The notes: generated from the letters alone by a model not told the origin. A stretch of DNA of 64,000 nt from Planctomycetota bacterium (GCA_038060895.1 JBBTCT010000002.1:1-64000), one strand, 5' to 3'. Counted from the stretch's first letter, positions 39,353-49,689 are shown. Numbers and translations: made by a program.

Positions 39353-40365
39353 GCTGGAAAAAGGTCCCGAAGAAAGTCGAACTCGCCGACATCACGGTGA
39401 GGGACGGGTTTCAGCATGAAGAGAAGCGGATCCCCACGAACGCGAAGCTGTGGATCTGCGAGGAGCTGCTGAAGGCGGGGTACAAGCGCCTCGAGGTCAC
39501 GAACCTCGGCAGCAAGCGCGCGATGCCGCAGTTCGACGACGCGGAGGAGGTGCTCAAGGACCTGCGCACCGCGAAGCGCTTCCAGGACAAGATGAAAGGC
39601 GTCGAGCTGACCGCGGTGACGATCCGCGAAAAGGCGGTGGACCAGGCGATTGAGCTGAGCCAGAAGGGCCACGGGCCGGACCGCATTCTCATGATGGTGT
39701 CGACGTCTCCGTCGCACATGAGGAAGAACTCGGGGCTCGAGCACGACGGTTACTGGGATGAAGCGGCGCGCTGCATCAAGAAGGCGCACGCGGCGGGTCT
39801 GAAATTCAACGGGACGGTGAGCACGATCTGGGGCTGCCCGATCGAGGGACCGACGAAGCTCGAGGACGCAGTGACGTTTACGAAGCGGTGGTTCGAGCTG
39901 GGCGCCGACGACGTCGAGCACGCGGACCACGACGGCTCGGCCCCCCCGAACAAGGTGTTCGACTACTTCTCCATGGTGCTCGAGGCCGTGCCGGGCCCGC
40001 AGAAGCACGTCGCCCATTTCCACGTCACCCGCGGCTGGGGCCTCGCGAACGTCGTCGCCGCTCTTCAGGCCGGAATCGTCCGCTACGAGAGCACGCTGGG
40101 CGGCATCGGCGGCCAGCCCGCCAATTTTTTCGAGGGCTCGCCCATCAGCGGGACGGGGAGCTACTACTACCAGGACCCCAACCACGTCGGCCTCATCTCC
40201 ACCGAGGACCTCGTCGTCATGCTCGACGAGATGGGCATCGAGCACGGCCTCGACGTCGACCGCGTCCTCGCCACCGGCAGGATGGTCGAGCGAATTGTTG
40301 GCCGCAAGCTGCGCAGCGAGTCGATCAAGGCCGGCCGGGTGCCGAAGAAGCCGACGAGTTTCTGA
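39349..40365 (+). CDS. HMG-CoA lyase-like (DRE-TIM metallolyase) protein
   Basis: TVRDGFQHE, HFHVTRG.GLAN, STLGGIGG, STEDLV.ML. Confidence 0.9.
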   Translation: MSWKKVPKKVELADITVRDGFQHEEKRIPTNAKLWICEELLKAGYKRLEVTNLGSKRAMPQFDDAEEVLKDLRTAKRFQDKMKGVELTAVTIREKAVDQAIELSQKGHGPDRILMMVSTSPSHMRKNSGLEHDGYWDEAARCIKKAHAAGLKFNGTVSTIWGCPIEGPTKLEDAVTFTKRWFELGADDVEHADHDGSAPPNKVFDYFSMVLEAVPGPQKHVAHFHVTRGWGLANVVAALQAGIVRYESTLGGIGGQPANFFEGSPISGTGSYYYQDPNHVGLISTEDLVVMLDEMGIEHGLDVDRVLATGRMVERIVGRKLRSESIKAGRVPKKPTSF

Positions 40366-40416
40366 GCCGGGCCTGAACGCGCCGGAATCCCGGTCCCCGG
40401 CATAGAATCACCCGCG

Positions 40417-43365
40417 ATGCCCACCGAGACCCGACACCGCAAGTCCGACCTTCTCTTCGCGCTCCTCGCCCAGCAGATGGCGCTCATCTCGCGCGACCAG
40501 CTCCTGGAGGCCGCCAATCTCTGGATCGAGGACCCCGTCCGGCCGATGGGCGACCTCATGCAGGACCTGGGCCACCTCGGCCCCGACGAGGTCGCGCTTC
40601 TCGCCGAAGCCGTCGAGATGCACAAGACGCCCGGGGGAAGCGACACCGCGATGGAGCGCGCGACGTCGATCGACCCCGAAGTCCGCCAGGCCCTCATGGC
40701 GCTTCGCCCACCGATGGAAATCCGCCAGTGGCTGAACCGCCTGCGCGAACGCCGCCCGGCCGGCCCTGCCGTGCCGAAGGCCGCTTCACGCGAAGGCCGT
40801 TACGAGCTCGGCGCCGAGATCGCGCGCGGCGGGCTGGGGATGGTGCTGGAAGCGCGGGACAAGGATCTCGAGCGGGATGTGGCGGTAAAGCTGGTGCTGG
40901 ACGACGTGGCGCCGGAGGCGGCGGCGCGGTTCGCGCGTGAAGCGAAGCTGACGGCGCGGCTGGACCATCCGGCGGTGGTGCCGATCCACGATTTCGGGAG
41001 TCTTCCAGGGGCAGACGGGAAGGCGCGGCTGTTCTTGTGCATGAAGCGGATCCGGGGGCGTGACCTCGGGGCGATCCTGCAGGGGCTGGCGGACGGGGAC
41101 GCGGAGCTGCGGAAGAAATGGACGCGCGCGCGGCTGCTCGGCGTCTTCCAGGACATCTGCCTCGGGATGGCGTATTCGCACTCGAAGGGCGTCATCCACC
41201 GCGACCTCAAGCCCGCGAACATCATGATCGGGGACTTCGGCGAAACGCTGATCGTGGACTGGGGGCTCGCGAAGGAAATCGGCGGCCCGCCGGACGGCGG
41301 CGAGACGAAGCGGATGGTGCGCAAACCGAAACCCGACACGCGAAGCGGGAGAATCACGCTGGACGGCGACGTCGTCGGGACGCCCGCCTACATGGCGCCC
41401 GAGCAGGCCGAGGGGCGCACCGCCGAGATCGACGAGCGAAGCGACATCTTCGCGCTCGGTGCGATCCTCTACGCGATGCTGACGCTTCAGCCGCCATGGG
41501 AAGGCGAAACCGCGACCGCCGTCCTCGAAAACGTCCGCGCCGGACGAATCACTTCCCCGTCCACCCGAATCGCCCCGTCGTTCCCGCTGAACGCACCGCC
41601 GGCCGCCCCCTCCGTGCGCGCGACCGATCCGATCCCGCCGGAACTCGACGCCATCTGCGTCCGGGCCCTCGCGATCAACCCCGCGGATCGTTTCAAGTCC
41701 GCACTCGAGTTTCACCACGAAATCCAGCTCTTCCTCGAAGGCGTCAAGGAGCGTGAGCGCAAGGCGCGTGAGGCGGCGGAACGGCTGGCGGAGGGAAGGA
41801 AGTGGCAGCTGCGCCGTGCGGAACTTGCGAAGGAAATTGAGGCGCAGTCGGCCCGCGTCGAGGTCTTGCTCGACACGATCGATACGTGGCAGGGCGTGGA
41901 GGAAAAGAAGCCGCTCTGGGAAGCCGAGGCCCGCCTCCTTGCAATGCAGGACGAGCGCGTCGAGCGGGAGGCCCAGGCGCTGGCCGCCTATGGCCACGCC
42001 CTCGCGGCGGACCCGGCCTGCGATGCGGCGGCGGACGGGACATGTGAATTGCTCTGCGAGAGGTTCGTGGAGGCGGAGACGGCCCGGGACCGGAAGGGAA
42101 TGCTCATGGCCCGCAAGACGCTGGCGGAGCATGACCGGCGCGGCGAGTTCACGGCGCGACTGGACGCGCCGGGAACGCTGAACTTGGGGGCGCACACTTA
42201 CGATTGCGATTGCCTGCGTCCCGTGGCCGTCCCGGGCTGGAGGGTGGAGTTCGGCGGGCAGGCCGAGATGCCGTGGGAAAACGGCGGCCCCGCGCGCGGA
42301 CGGCCGCTCGCCGACAAAGACCGGGCCATCCCGAGACTGGCGACGTTTCCCGACGGCGCGCACTTCGGCCACGCAGCGGACTGCCCGCGGCGTGCAGCGA
42401 CGGGCGTCCCCGTTTTCCTGGCGCGCTACGAAGAGAAGGAGAAGCGCCTCGTCCTCGGGCCTGAGCGGGAGCTGGGCACGACGCCGGTCACGGGCGTCGT
42501 CCTTCCCATCGGGTCCTACCGGTGCGTCCTGCGACCGGCGGACCGGCCCGAAGTGCTTGTTCCGGTGAGGATCGAGCGCGGCAGCCGGTGGGAACAGGAT
42601 GTCCATCTCCCCGCCGCCGCCGACATTCCCCCGGGATTCCGCTTCGTCGCCGGCGGGCCATTCACATTCGGCGGCGCGCACGCCGGCGGTTCGACAATCG
42701 AAAAGCTCACCAGTCAGGATTTCTTCTACGGCGAGTTCCCCGTCACCTGCGCCGAGTACCTCGAATTTCTCCGGTCGCTTCCTCGCGAGGAATCCATCGC
42801 CCGGTCGCCCCGCGAGGGCGACAAGCGCTTCTGGATCCAGGACGACGCAGGCGTTCGCCTCCCGAGGCCGGGCGAGGACGCGCGTTTCGACTGGGACCCG
42901 CGTTGGCCGATCCTCGGCGTCTCGTGGCTGGACGCACTGGCTTACTGCACCTGGCGGTCGGCTCGGGAGGGGCGGCTCTTCACCCTGGCCCACGAAGAGC
43001 AGTTCGAGAAATCGATCCGCGGTGTGGACGAGCGGGCCTTTGCCTTCGGCGACGAGCACGACGCCGCGTACGCTCACTGCAACGGGTCCCTCCACGGGAA
43101 GCTCACGCCGCTTCCCGTCGGCTCGTTCCCCACGGACGAGTCCCCGTACGGCATCCGCGACCTGACCGGCGGCGTCGGGACCTGGTGTCTCAATTCCGCG
43201 CCCGCGCCCTATCGCGAGTGGCGGTCGCTCCGCGGCGGCTCGTGGTCCACGACTGGCGCCGGCGGCCGCGCGGGGCTGCGCATCGGAAACGTCGTCGCGC
43301 GGACGTCGTGGGCGCTCGGATTCAGGCTCTGCGTGAACGCGTTTCGCTGGCCGGAAGGCCAGTAG
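40417..43365 (+). CDS. Ser/Thr protein kinase fused to FGE-sulfatase (SUMF1) domain
   Basis: GGLG.V, VAVK, HRDLKPANI, DWGLAK, GTPAYMAPEQ; C-terminal 'PVGSFP.DESPYGIRDLTG...RGGSW...GFR'. Confidence 0.95.
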   Translation: MPTETRHRKSDLLFALLAQQMALISRDQLLEAANLWIEDPVRPMGDLMQDLGHLGPDEVALLAEAVEMHKTPGGSDTAMERATSIDPEVRQALMALRPPMEIRQWLNRLRERRPAGPAVPKAASREGRYELGAEIARGGLGMVLEARDKDLERDVAVKLVLDDVAPEAAARFAREAKLTARLDHPAVVPIHDFGSLPGADGKARLFLCMKRIRGRDLGAILQGLADGDAELRKKWTRARLLGVFQDICLGMAYSHSKGVIHRDLKPANIMIGDFGETLIVDWGLAKEIGGPPDGGETKRMVRKPKPDTRSGRITLDGDVVGTPAYMAPEQAEGRTAEIDERSDIFALGAILYAMLTLQPPWEGETATAVLENVRAGRITSPSTRIAPSFPLNAPPAAPSVRATDPIPPELDAICVRALAINPADRFKSALEFHHEIQLFLEGVKERERKAREAAERLAEGRKWQLRRAELAKEIEAQSARVEVLLDTIDTWQGVEEKKPLWEAEARLLAMQDERVEREAQALAAYGHALAADPACDAAADGTCELLCERFVEAETARDRKGMLMARKTLAEHDRRGEFTARLDAPGTLNLGAHTYDCDCLRPVAVPGWRVEFGGQAEMPWENGGPARGRPLADKDRAIPRLATFPDGAHFGHAADCPRRAATGVPVFLARYEEKEKRLVLGPERELGTTPVTGVVLPIGSYRCVLRPADRPEVLVPVRIERGSRWEQDVHLPAAADIPPGFRFVAGGPFTFGGAHAGGSTIEKLTSQDFFYGEFPVTCAEYLEFLRSLPREESIARSPREGDKRFWIQDDAGVRLPRPGEDARFDWDPRWPILGVSWLDALAYCTWRSAREGRLFTLAHEEQFEKSIRGVDERAFAFGDEHDAAYAHCNGSLHGKLTPLPVGSFPTDESPYGIRDLTGGVGTWCLNSAPAPYREWRSLRGGSWSTTGAGGRAGLRIGNVVARTSWALGFRLCVNAFRWPEGQ

Positions 43366-43438
43366 GTAGGGTGTAGTTGGTAGGGGGTAGGAAATGCCCC
43401 TGTCCGGTCCGTCTTTCCTACCCACTACCTACTACCCC
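43361..43438. repeat. GTAG/CTAC short-unit inverted repeat between convergent genes
   Basis: GTAGGTAGGGTGTAGTTGGTAGGGGGTAGGAAA...TTTCCTACCCACTACCTACTACCCC. Confidence 0.65.
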
Positions 43439-43492
43439 CTGCCGCGCTTCGGCGACTCACCTCTCGAAAACGCCAGCGCCTGAACGCGGCAA

Positions 43493-43936
43493 CTACATGT
43501 CCGGCGACACGCCCTTCACAAGCCGCTGAATCAGCTCCATGTGCTCCGTCTCGTCGGTGATCAGCTCTTCGAGTTTCACCTGAAGCGCCGTCTCGCCGAG
43601 CTCGTTCGCTTCATCGACGCGTTCGGTATAGGCATTCACGGCGTCGCGTTCGATCTGCAACGCGTACTCGAGCATCTCGCGGAGCTTGGTGGGGCGCTTC
43701 CAGGGTGGAACTTCGAACGACGGCGTTCCGCCGAGGGCGATGATCTTGTCGGCTAGGAACTCGACGTGCTTGATCTCGCCGTGGATTTCCGGCTCGAGGA
43801 TTTCGCGCAGTTCGTGTCCGCGGATCCCGAAAGCCATCGAGCGGATCCACAGGTAGAGCATGATGGCCTGGAGTTCGCGGCCGAGGTCCTGGTCGAGGTG
43901 CTCAAGGAGTTTGGACTTGGTGATGGCACGGCGCAT
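43493..43936 (-). CDS. Ferritin-like (bacterioferritin-type) protein
   Basis: Di-iron ligands: RELQAI..Y, EIKH, IERDA...Y, DETEH. Confidence 0.9.
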   Translation of the reverse strand: MRRAITKSKLLEHLDQDLGRELQAIMLYLWIRSMAFGIRGHELREILEPEIHGEIKHVEFLADKIIALGGTPSFEVPPWKRPTKLREMLEYALQIERDAVNAYTERVDEANELGETALQVKLEELITDETEHMELIQRLVKGVSPDM

Positions 43937-44035
43937 CCGTCGGTCTCCGAGTGAAAAGGGGGGCGGACATCATACCGGGGAGTGACACGGTGAGAAGATG
44001 GGACGGGTGTTCGGAGTCGGGAGCGACTCGCCGGC

Positions 44036-44839
44036 TCAGCGGGCGGAGCGAACGACCGAGGGTCCTGCGTCGGAGACCGCGCGCCTTGTGTCGGCCGACA
44101 CCGTTGGATCGCCCGCCAGGACGCGGCCGATGAATCCTTTCAGGCGGGTGCGGTTAGGGTCGTCCATCTCGAAGAGGGCCACGCCGTAGTCGAAGGCGGC
44201 GCCCGGGGAAGCGCCCGCTTCGCGGACGACCTGCCCGCGACCGCGGATCGTTGAGTGATCGGGCAGCTCGATGTCCACGTGGACGACGCTTCTCATCGGG
44301 AGCTTTTCCGGAACGCTTGCCAGGAGACCTGTTTCGCTCAGGTTTCGTGACAGGCCGACGCGGGCCACGGAGGTATTCGACCCGCTTGACGTCCGGTACC
44401 GGAGGGCGAGGGAGCGCGGGATTCGGCGGGAGCGCGCGTGAAAGCGTTGCGGGGGGAGGTCGGAGGCCGCGTGCCGGAGCGCGGCCAGGATTTCCTCGCG
44501 GAGGTACGGTTTTTCGGCGAAGGATCGGACGCCGGCGCGAAGCGTGCCGGGTACGAGGCCGACGAGTTCGGTGCGGAAGGTGACGATCGTGCGGAGCTGC
44601 GGCGCGATCTCGAGCAGTTGCGGCGCCGTCGAGGCCCAGCCCACGTTGGGAGCGGCGGGGTGGTCGGGAAGCGAGAGGTCGAGCGCCACCGCCCAGGGCG
44701 AATACGTGAAGAGCGCGTCGAGGAGGGCCTTGCCGTGGGAGACGCTTCCCGCGAATGCGAACTCAGTCCCGCGAAGGGCGCTTCCGAAGGCGACAGCAGC
44801 GCGGTCGTCGGGATCGGCGACCAGGACGCTGAGGGGCAT
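44036..44839 (-). CDS. Receiver + PilZ domain protein
   Basis: VLVAD, LDLSLP, EKPY; PilZ motifs R(R)xxR (SRRIPR) and NLSETG. Confidence 0.85.
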   Translation of the reverse strand: MPLSVLVADPDDRAAVAFGSALRGTEFAFAGSVSHGKALLDALFTYSPWAVALDLSLPDHPAAPNVGWASTAPQLLEIAPQLRTIVTFRTELVGLVPGTLRAGVRSFAEKPYLREEILAALRHAASDLPPQRFHARSRRIPRSLALRYRTSSGSNTSVARVGLSRNLSETGLLASVPEKLPMRSVVHVDIELPDHSTIRGRGQVVREAGASPGAAFDYGVALFEMDDPNRTRLKGFIGRVLAGDPTVSADTRRAVSDAGPSVVRSAR

Positions 44840-44852
44840 GCGCGGGGCCGGC

Positions 44853-45602
44853 CTAGCTCACGGCCGTCGAATACTGTTCGGAGGCCAGGGCGCGCGCGAT
44901 GAACTGCTTGAGGCGGTCGCGGGCGGGGCCGTCGAGATCGACGAACGCGAGGCCGTGCTCGGTCTGGCCGTCATTGTGGCGCGACGCGCGGACGATCTGG
45001 GCGCGGCCGCGGATGGCGACGCGGTCCGGGAGATCGATCTCGAGCGCGACGACGCTGCGCACGGGCATCTCTTCGGCGCTCTTGAGGCAGACTCCGGTTT
45101 CGCTCAGGTTCTGGACGAAGCCGACGTGGCGCGTGGGAGGGTTCTGGTTGGAAGCGCTGTAGCGGGCGGGGAGTTTACGGCTGAGGCGGCGGGCGCGGAC
45201 GTAGAAGGTCATGGGCGGCGCGTCGGCGTGGAGGTGATTGAGGGCCTGGAGGATTTCGCCGCGTGCGAACGGTTTCTCGATGTAAGCGCAGGCGCCGGCG
45301 GCGAGGGCGGCCGGGACGAGGTTGCGCGTTTCGGGCGTGCAGGTGACGGCGATTTTGAGCCAGGGAGCGATTTCGCGGAGGTGAGCGGTGGCGGCGACCC
45401 AGCCGACGCCGGGTGTGTCGGGATGATCAGGAAGCGAGAGATCGAGGGCGACGGCCCAGGGAGTCAGGCGCCAGACGGCATCGACGAGCGCCTTTCCGTG
45501 GGCGACGGAGCCCTGGAAAGAATAAGGCGTGCCGCGAAGCAGGGTCGCGAAGGAAACGGCTGCGACCGAATTTGGATCAGCGACGAGGACGGTTCTGGCC
45601 AT
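44853..45602 (-). CDS. Receiver + PilZ domain protein (tandem paralog)
   Basis: VLVAD, LDLSLP, EKPF; RARRLSR and NLSETG; GGGAG RBS. Confidence 0.85.
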   Translation of the reverse strand: MARTVLVADPNSVAAVSFATLLRGTPYSFQGSVAHGKALVDAVWRLTPWAVALDLSLPDHPDTPGVGWVAATAHLREIAPWLKIAVTCTPETRNLVPAALAAGACAYIEKPFARGEILQALNHLHADAPPMTFYVRARRLSRKLPARYSASNQNPPTRHVGFVQNLSETGVCLKSAEEMPVRSVVALEIDLPDRVAIRGRAQIVRASRHNDGQTEHGLAFVDLDGPARDRLKQFIARALASEQYSTAVS

Positions 45603-46014
45603 GTCGGCACTCCCTGTTCCGGTAATTAAGCGGAGAATGTTGGCAATCCGAGGGACAAAACACCATAAGAATCTTGAAGTTATGGGCCGAAATTCCTGAA
45701 AAATCACTGACGACATAAAGTATTGATACAGAACGACTTACGATTTTCTGATTTTTAAGCTTGTGCAGCATTGCACTTTTGAGCGGGTTCTTGACGCCGC
45801 TGACTGCAAATCGAGCCGAAATCCCCGTTCTCTTGACCGCCGTCCGATAACCATCAACTCCTGGGCCTGAGCGAAATTCCTGCGGGCATGCTGCGTCGGC
45901 CCGAAGAAGGAAATCTGATCCCAAACCAATACCGGGCTGACGCAGGCTGGGCACGCGGGACTTTCTCTCGCCCTCTCCTGTCTTTTTCCTCCCCGGCGCG
46001 TAGAGTTCCTCTTC

Positions 46015-46491
46015 GTGAGCCATGACCTCGCCAACCGATACACCCGCGTCCATCTTCTGATCTCCAACGCCATCCCCGCGGGTGCCGACCTGCACGCGCG
46101 GATGAAAATCGTTTCCGACGAAATCTGGTCCGAGTTTGGAAACCACTGCCCCGTCTCCTGGGTGGGCTTCTATTTTCTCGGCGAAGGCGAAATGACGCTC
46201 GGCCCGCGACGTGACAAACCTGCTTGCTCGCCGATCGGTCTTCACGGCGCGTGCGGCCGGGCCGCGCTCTCCGGGAAGTCCCTCGTCGTCCGCGACGTCA
46301 AGGACCTCGGCGAGAACTACGTCGCCTGCGATCCGCGCGATCGCTCGGAAATCGTTGTCCCGGTCCGGGGAAGAAACCGCAAGGTCGTCGGCGTGCTCGA
46401 CCTCGACTCCCACTCCATCGGCGCGTTCGGCGCCATGGATCGCAAGTCCCTTGAGAATATCGTCGCCGAGTACCTGAACGGGGTCGACTAA
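46015..46491 (+). CDS. msrC: GAF-domain free methionine-R-sulfoxide reductase
   Basis: WVGFY, PAC, GACG, YVACD, SEIVVP, GVLDLDS. Confidence 0.85.
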   Translation: MSHDLANRYTRVHLLISNAIPAGADLHARMKIVSDEIWSEFGNHCPVSWVGFYFLGEGEMTLGPRRDKPACSPIGLHGACGRAALSGKSLVVRDVKDLGENYVACDPRDRSEIVVPVRGRNRKVVGVLDLDSHSIGAFGAMDRKSLENIVAEYLNGVD

Positions 46492-46570
46492 GTAGCTCCA
46501 CGTTGATTCTGTGCCATGCAGCCGCGCGCCTTTCGCGGCGGCTGCTGGCACAGAATCAACGTGGAGCTAC
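46492..46570. mobile_element. MITE-like family A, short copy
   Basis: TIRs GTAGCTCCACGTTGATTCTGTGCCA / TGGCACAGAATCAACGTGGAGCTAC, immediately after the msrC TAA. Confidence 0.8.
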
Positions 46571-46578
46571 TTCGCGGT

Positions 46579-47370
46579 TCAGGACGTCGAAGCCGCGAGC
46601 TTCGTTTCTTCCGCCGCGGCCGCACGGGCATGAGTCTTCTTCAGCCACGGCCACAGCGCCACGGCCACGGTTGCGACCCCGATCGCCACCCACTGGGAGG
46701 TCGAAAACGGGCCAAGCCCTCCCCGGTCCGGGTCGCCACGCGAAATCTCGATGAGAAAACGCGAACCCGCGTAGAGGAGAAGGTACGAGAGAATCCCCTG
46801 GCCGTTGAACCGTCGTCGCGGGTGCAGCCAGAGCGCGAAAACGAAAATGAGGATCCCCGCCGCGGACTCGTACAGCTGGCTCGGTTGCCGCGCGAGCGCA
46901 TCGACCTCCGGCATCACAATTCCCCACTTCGCAGGCTTCCCGTAACAGCAGCCGTTCAGGAAGCAGCCGAAGCGGACGATCCCGTGGCCGATCGCGACTG
47001 ACGGGGCGAAGCAGTCGATGACGGGCCAGAAAGGCATCTTGTGATGTCGGAACACGAAGGGGATGGTGATGAAGCAGCCGATGAGTCCTCCGTAGAACGT
47101 CAGGCCCCCTTCCCAGATCTTCACGATGTCGAGCGGGTGGCGACTGTAATGCGCAGCCCACTCGTCAGGCTGAAACACGAAAAACAGCCGCGCCCCGATC
47201 ACCGCCGAGAGCATCGCGACAATCGCGGCGTCGATCACCCCTTCGCCTTTCAGCCCCTCCTTCACCGCGAGTTTCCGGATGTGCCAGGCCGAGAACGCAA
47301 AGGCGATCGCGATCGCAACGCCGAACGCGTAGACGGGGAGGCCGAAGAAGTGGAAGAGGATGGATCGCAT
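46579..47370 (-). CDS. lgt: Prolipoprotein diacylglyceryl transferase
   Basis: IGARLF, IWEGGLTFYGG, RFGCFLNGCCYG, PSQLYES, RFLIE. Confidence 0.95.
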   Translation of the reverse strand: MRSILFHFFGLPVYAFGVAIAIAFAFSAWHIRKLAVKEGLKGEGVIDAAIVAMLSAVIGARLFFVFQPDEWAAHYSRHPLDIVKIWEGGLTFYGGLIGCFITIPFVFRHHKMPFWPVIDCFAPSVAIGHGIVRFGCFLNGCCYGKPAKWGIVMPEVDALARQPSQLYESAAGILIFVFALWLHPRRRFNGQGILSYLLLYAGSRFLIEISRGDPDRGGLGPFSTSQWVAIGVATVAVALWPWLKKTHARAAAAEETKLAASTS

Positions 47371-47415
47371 CGCGGCGCGATTATGTCCAAACCGGACAAA
47401 GCGCGCGCGGTGGAA

Positions 47416-48483
47416 TCACCGCGCGCGAACGCCGTAGCGCCGGCCATCCCCGAGCTTCATGCGCTCCCACCGGCCGAAAATGGGGTATCCACAGTCCGCG
47501 CATTTCGAATCGCGGATCCTTATCCGCGAGATCGCATACCCAGACCGGTCGACCAGCGTCGCATTGCATTTCGGGCAGTACGTGTTCTCCAGCGGATGGC
47601 CGTGCACATTCCCGATGTAGACGTACTCCAGGCCGTGCTTCTTCCCGATCGCGTGCGCTTCCTCGAGCCGCTTCACGGACGTCGCCGGCAGATGCGCGAG
47701 GTCGAGGTACGGGATGAAGCGCGTGACGTGCCACGGGGTCTCGCGCCCGAGCTTCGTCGCGATCCAGTTAGCCATCCCGTTGAGCTGTTCGTCGTCGTCG
47801 TTCACGGTCGGAGTGACGTTGGTCACGACCTCGACATGCATCCGGTACCGGAACTTCGCCATCTCGGCGACGGAAAGGATTTCATCAAAGCGCGCCAGTC
47901 CGCCGCTGATCTTGTGGTAGGCCTTGCGGTTGAACGCCTTGAGATCGAGCCGGTAGATGTCGAGGAAGGGGGCGATGATCTTCAGCGCCTCGGGCGTGAT
48001 GTAACCGTTGGTGATGTACGCGGTGTAGAGCCCGCGCTTCTTCGCTTCCTGCGCCGCTTCCAGCGTGTGTTCGAACCAGATCGTCGGCTCGTTGTAGGTC
48101 CAGCAGATCCCTTCGCAACCTTCCCGGACGGCCATCTCGACGGACTCGAGCGGCGACATCTTCTCGAGGTTCGAGCCGTCCTCGCTCGGTTTGTCGTGCG
48201 AGATCTCCCAGTTCTGGCAGCCGGGGCAGTGGAAGTTGCACCCGCGCGTCCCGGCCGAGAGGATTTTTGTCCCGGGGTAGGCGTGGTTGATCGGTTTCTT
48301 CTCGATCGGATCCACCGCGATCGAGCTCGTCACGCCGTAGATGAGCGACCAGAGCTTCCCTTCGCGATTCAGCCGGGTGTTGCAGAACCCCGCCTTGCCG
48401 GGGCGCACCGTGCAGCGCACCTGGCAGAGGTTGCATTTGATGTTCCCCTGGGGAAGGGGCTCGTAGAGGACGCACTCTTTCAT
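47416..48483 (-). CDS. amrS: AmmeMemoRadiSam system radical SAM enzyme
   Basis: CNLC...C, DPIEKKP, GCNFHCPGCQNWEIS (CxxxCxxC), TYNEPTIW, YVYIGNV, TYCPKC. Confidence 0.93.
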   Translation of the reverse strand: MKECVLYEPLPQGNIKCNLCQVRCTVRPGKAGFCNTRLNREGKLWSLIYGVTSSIAVDPIEKKPINHAYPGTKILSAGTRGCNFHCPGCQNWEISHDKPSEDGSNLEKMSPLESVEMAVREGCEGICWTYNEPTIWFEHTLEAAQEAKKRGLYTAYITNGYITPEALKIIAPFLDIYRLDLKAFNRKAYHKISGGLARFDEILSVAEMAKFRYRMHVEVVTNVTPTVNDDDEQLNGMANWIATKLGRETPWHVTRFIPYLDLAHLPATSVKRLEEAHAIGKKHGLEYVYIGNVHGHPLENTYCPKCNATLVDRSGYAISRIRIRDSKCADCGYPIFGRWERMKLGDGRRYGVRAR

Positions 48484-48516
48484 GGGGATACTCTCTCAAC
48501 GTCCGGCGTGAAGCGC

Positions 48517-49575
48517 TTAATCCACGAACTCGATCAGCCGCTCCGATTTCACGCGGACTTCGCCCACGATCGCCGAGTGCGGAAACCCGTTTTTCACGAG
48601 GTCGCGCACGAGCGCGTCGGCGTGGACGGCCTTGACGCTGAAGAGCAGTCCCCCGGAGGTCTGCGGGTCGAACATGATGTCTTCGAGCGGCTTGCGGACG
48701 CCGGCGGCCGTCCGGTACTTCGGGCCCAGCCATTCGCGGTTCGAGACGTCACCGCGCGTCTTCTGGCCCTTGGCCGCGAATTTCTCCGCTTCCGGCAGAA
48801 TCGGGACCTTCGAAGTCCGGATCACGATCGTCACACCCGAGGCTTCCGCCATCCCGGCGCCGTGACCCGCCAGCGCAAAACCGGTGATGTCCGTCGCCGC
48901 GTGGATTTCCTTCCCCTCCGCGGCCGCGACGCCGCCGGCGTTCAGCTGCTCCATCTGCGCAATGACTTCCTTCGCGTCCTCCTCGCTCATCTTCCGCGCC
49001 TTCAGCGCCGTCGTCAGGATCCCCGTTCCCAGCCGCTTCGACAGCACGAGCACGTCCCCCGCCTTTGCCGCCGCGTTCGTCCAGATCCTGTCCGGGTGCA
49101 CCAGCCCCGTCACCGCCGCCCCGAACTTCAGCTCCTGGTCCGTGACGCTATGCCCGCCCAGAAGCGCGCACTTGGCCTCCACGTACTTGTCATTCCCGCC
49201 CTGGAGGATGTCATGAAGCACTTCGTGCCCCAGCACGTCCATCGGGTAGCACAGGATGTTCAGCGCATTGATCGGCCGTCCGCCCATCGCGTAGACGTCC
49301 GACAGCGCGTTAGCGATCGCGATCCGCCCGTACGACCGCGGGTCATCGACGATCGGCGTGAAAAAATCCACCGTCTGCACGAGCGCCGTCTGCGCGTCCA
49401 GTCGATACACGCCCGCATCGTCGAACGTCCCCGCGTTCACGAGGACGTTCGCGTCGGTCGGCGCCGTCAGCCCTTCCAGGGCTTTGTGCAGGTCCGCCGG
49501 ACCCAGTTTCGACGCTCAGCCGGCGCAGCTGGACATGTCTGTCAGCCGCGGGCGGGCCTTGCTGAAAAGGGCCAT
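48517..49575 (-). CDS. selD: Selenophosphate synthetase, selenocysteine-containing (UGA codon 20)
   Basis: AAGGAGG RBS, then MALFSKARPRLTDMSSCAG-U-ASKLGP in frame with DDAGVY, TVDFFTP, ANALSDVYAMGG, TDITGF, DPQTSGGLL. TGA at 49516-49518 sits at the catalytic Cys/Sec position. Confidence 0.95.
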
Positions 49576-49689
49576 GGTCAATCCTCCTTGGTTGCGAACA
49601 TCCGGACTGTAGCCCTTGGAGCTTCGGTGCGGAAGTGGCGACCGGCGGAAACCACGGGAGGCGAAGGCGTCAGGAAACCTCCTGGTGAC

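Noticed and set aside
42600-43365. FGE-sulfatase (C-type lectin fold) C-terminus as a diversity-generating retroelement target
   Set aside because: No reverse transcriptase and no template repeat differing at adenines was found in the window.
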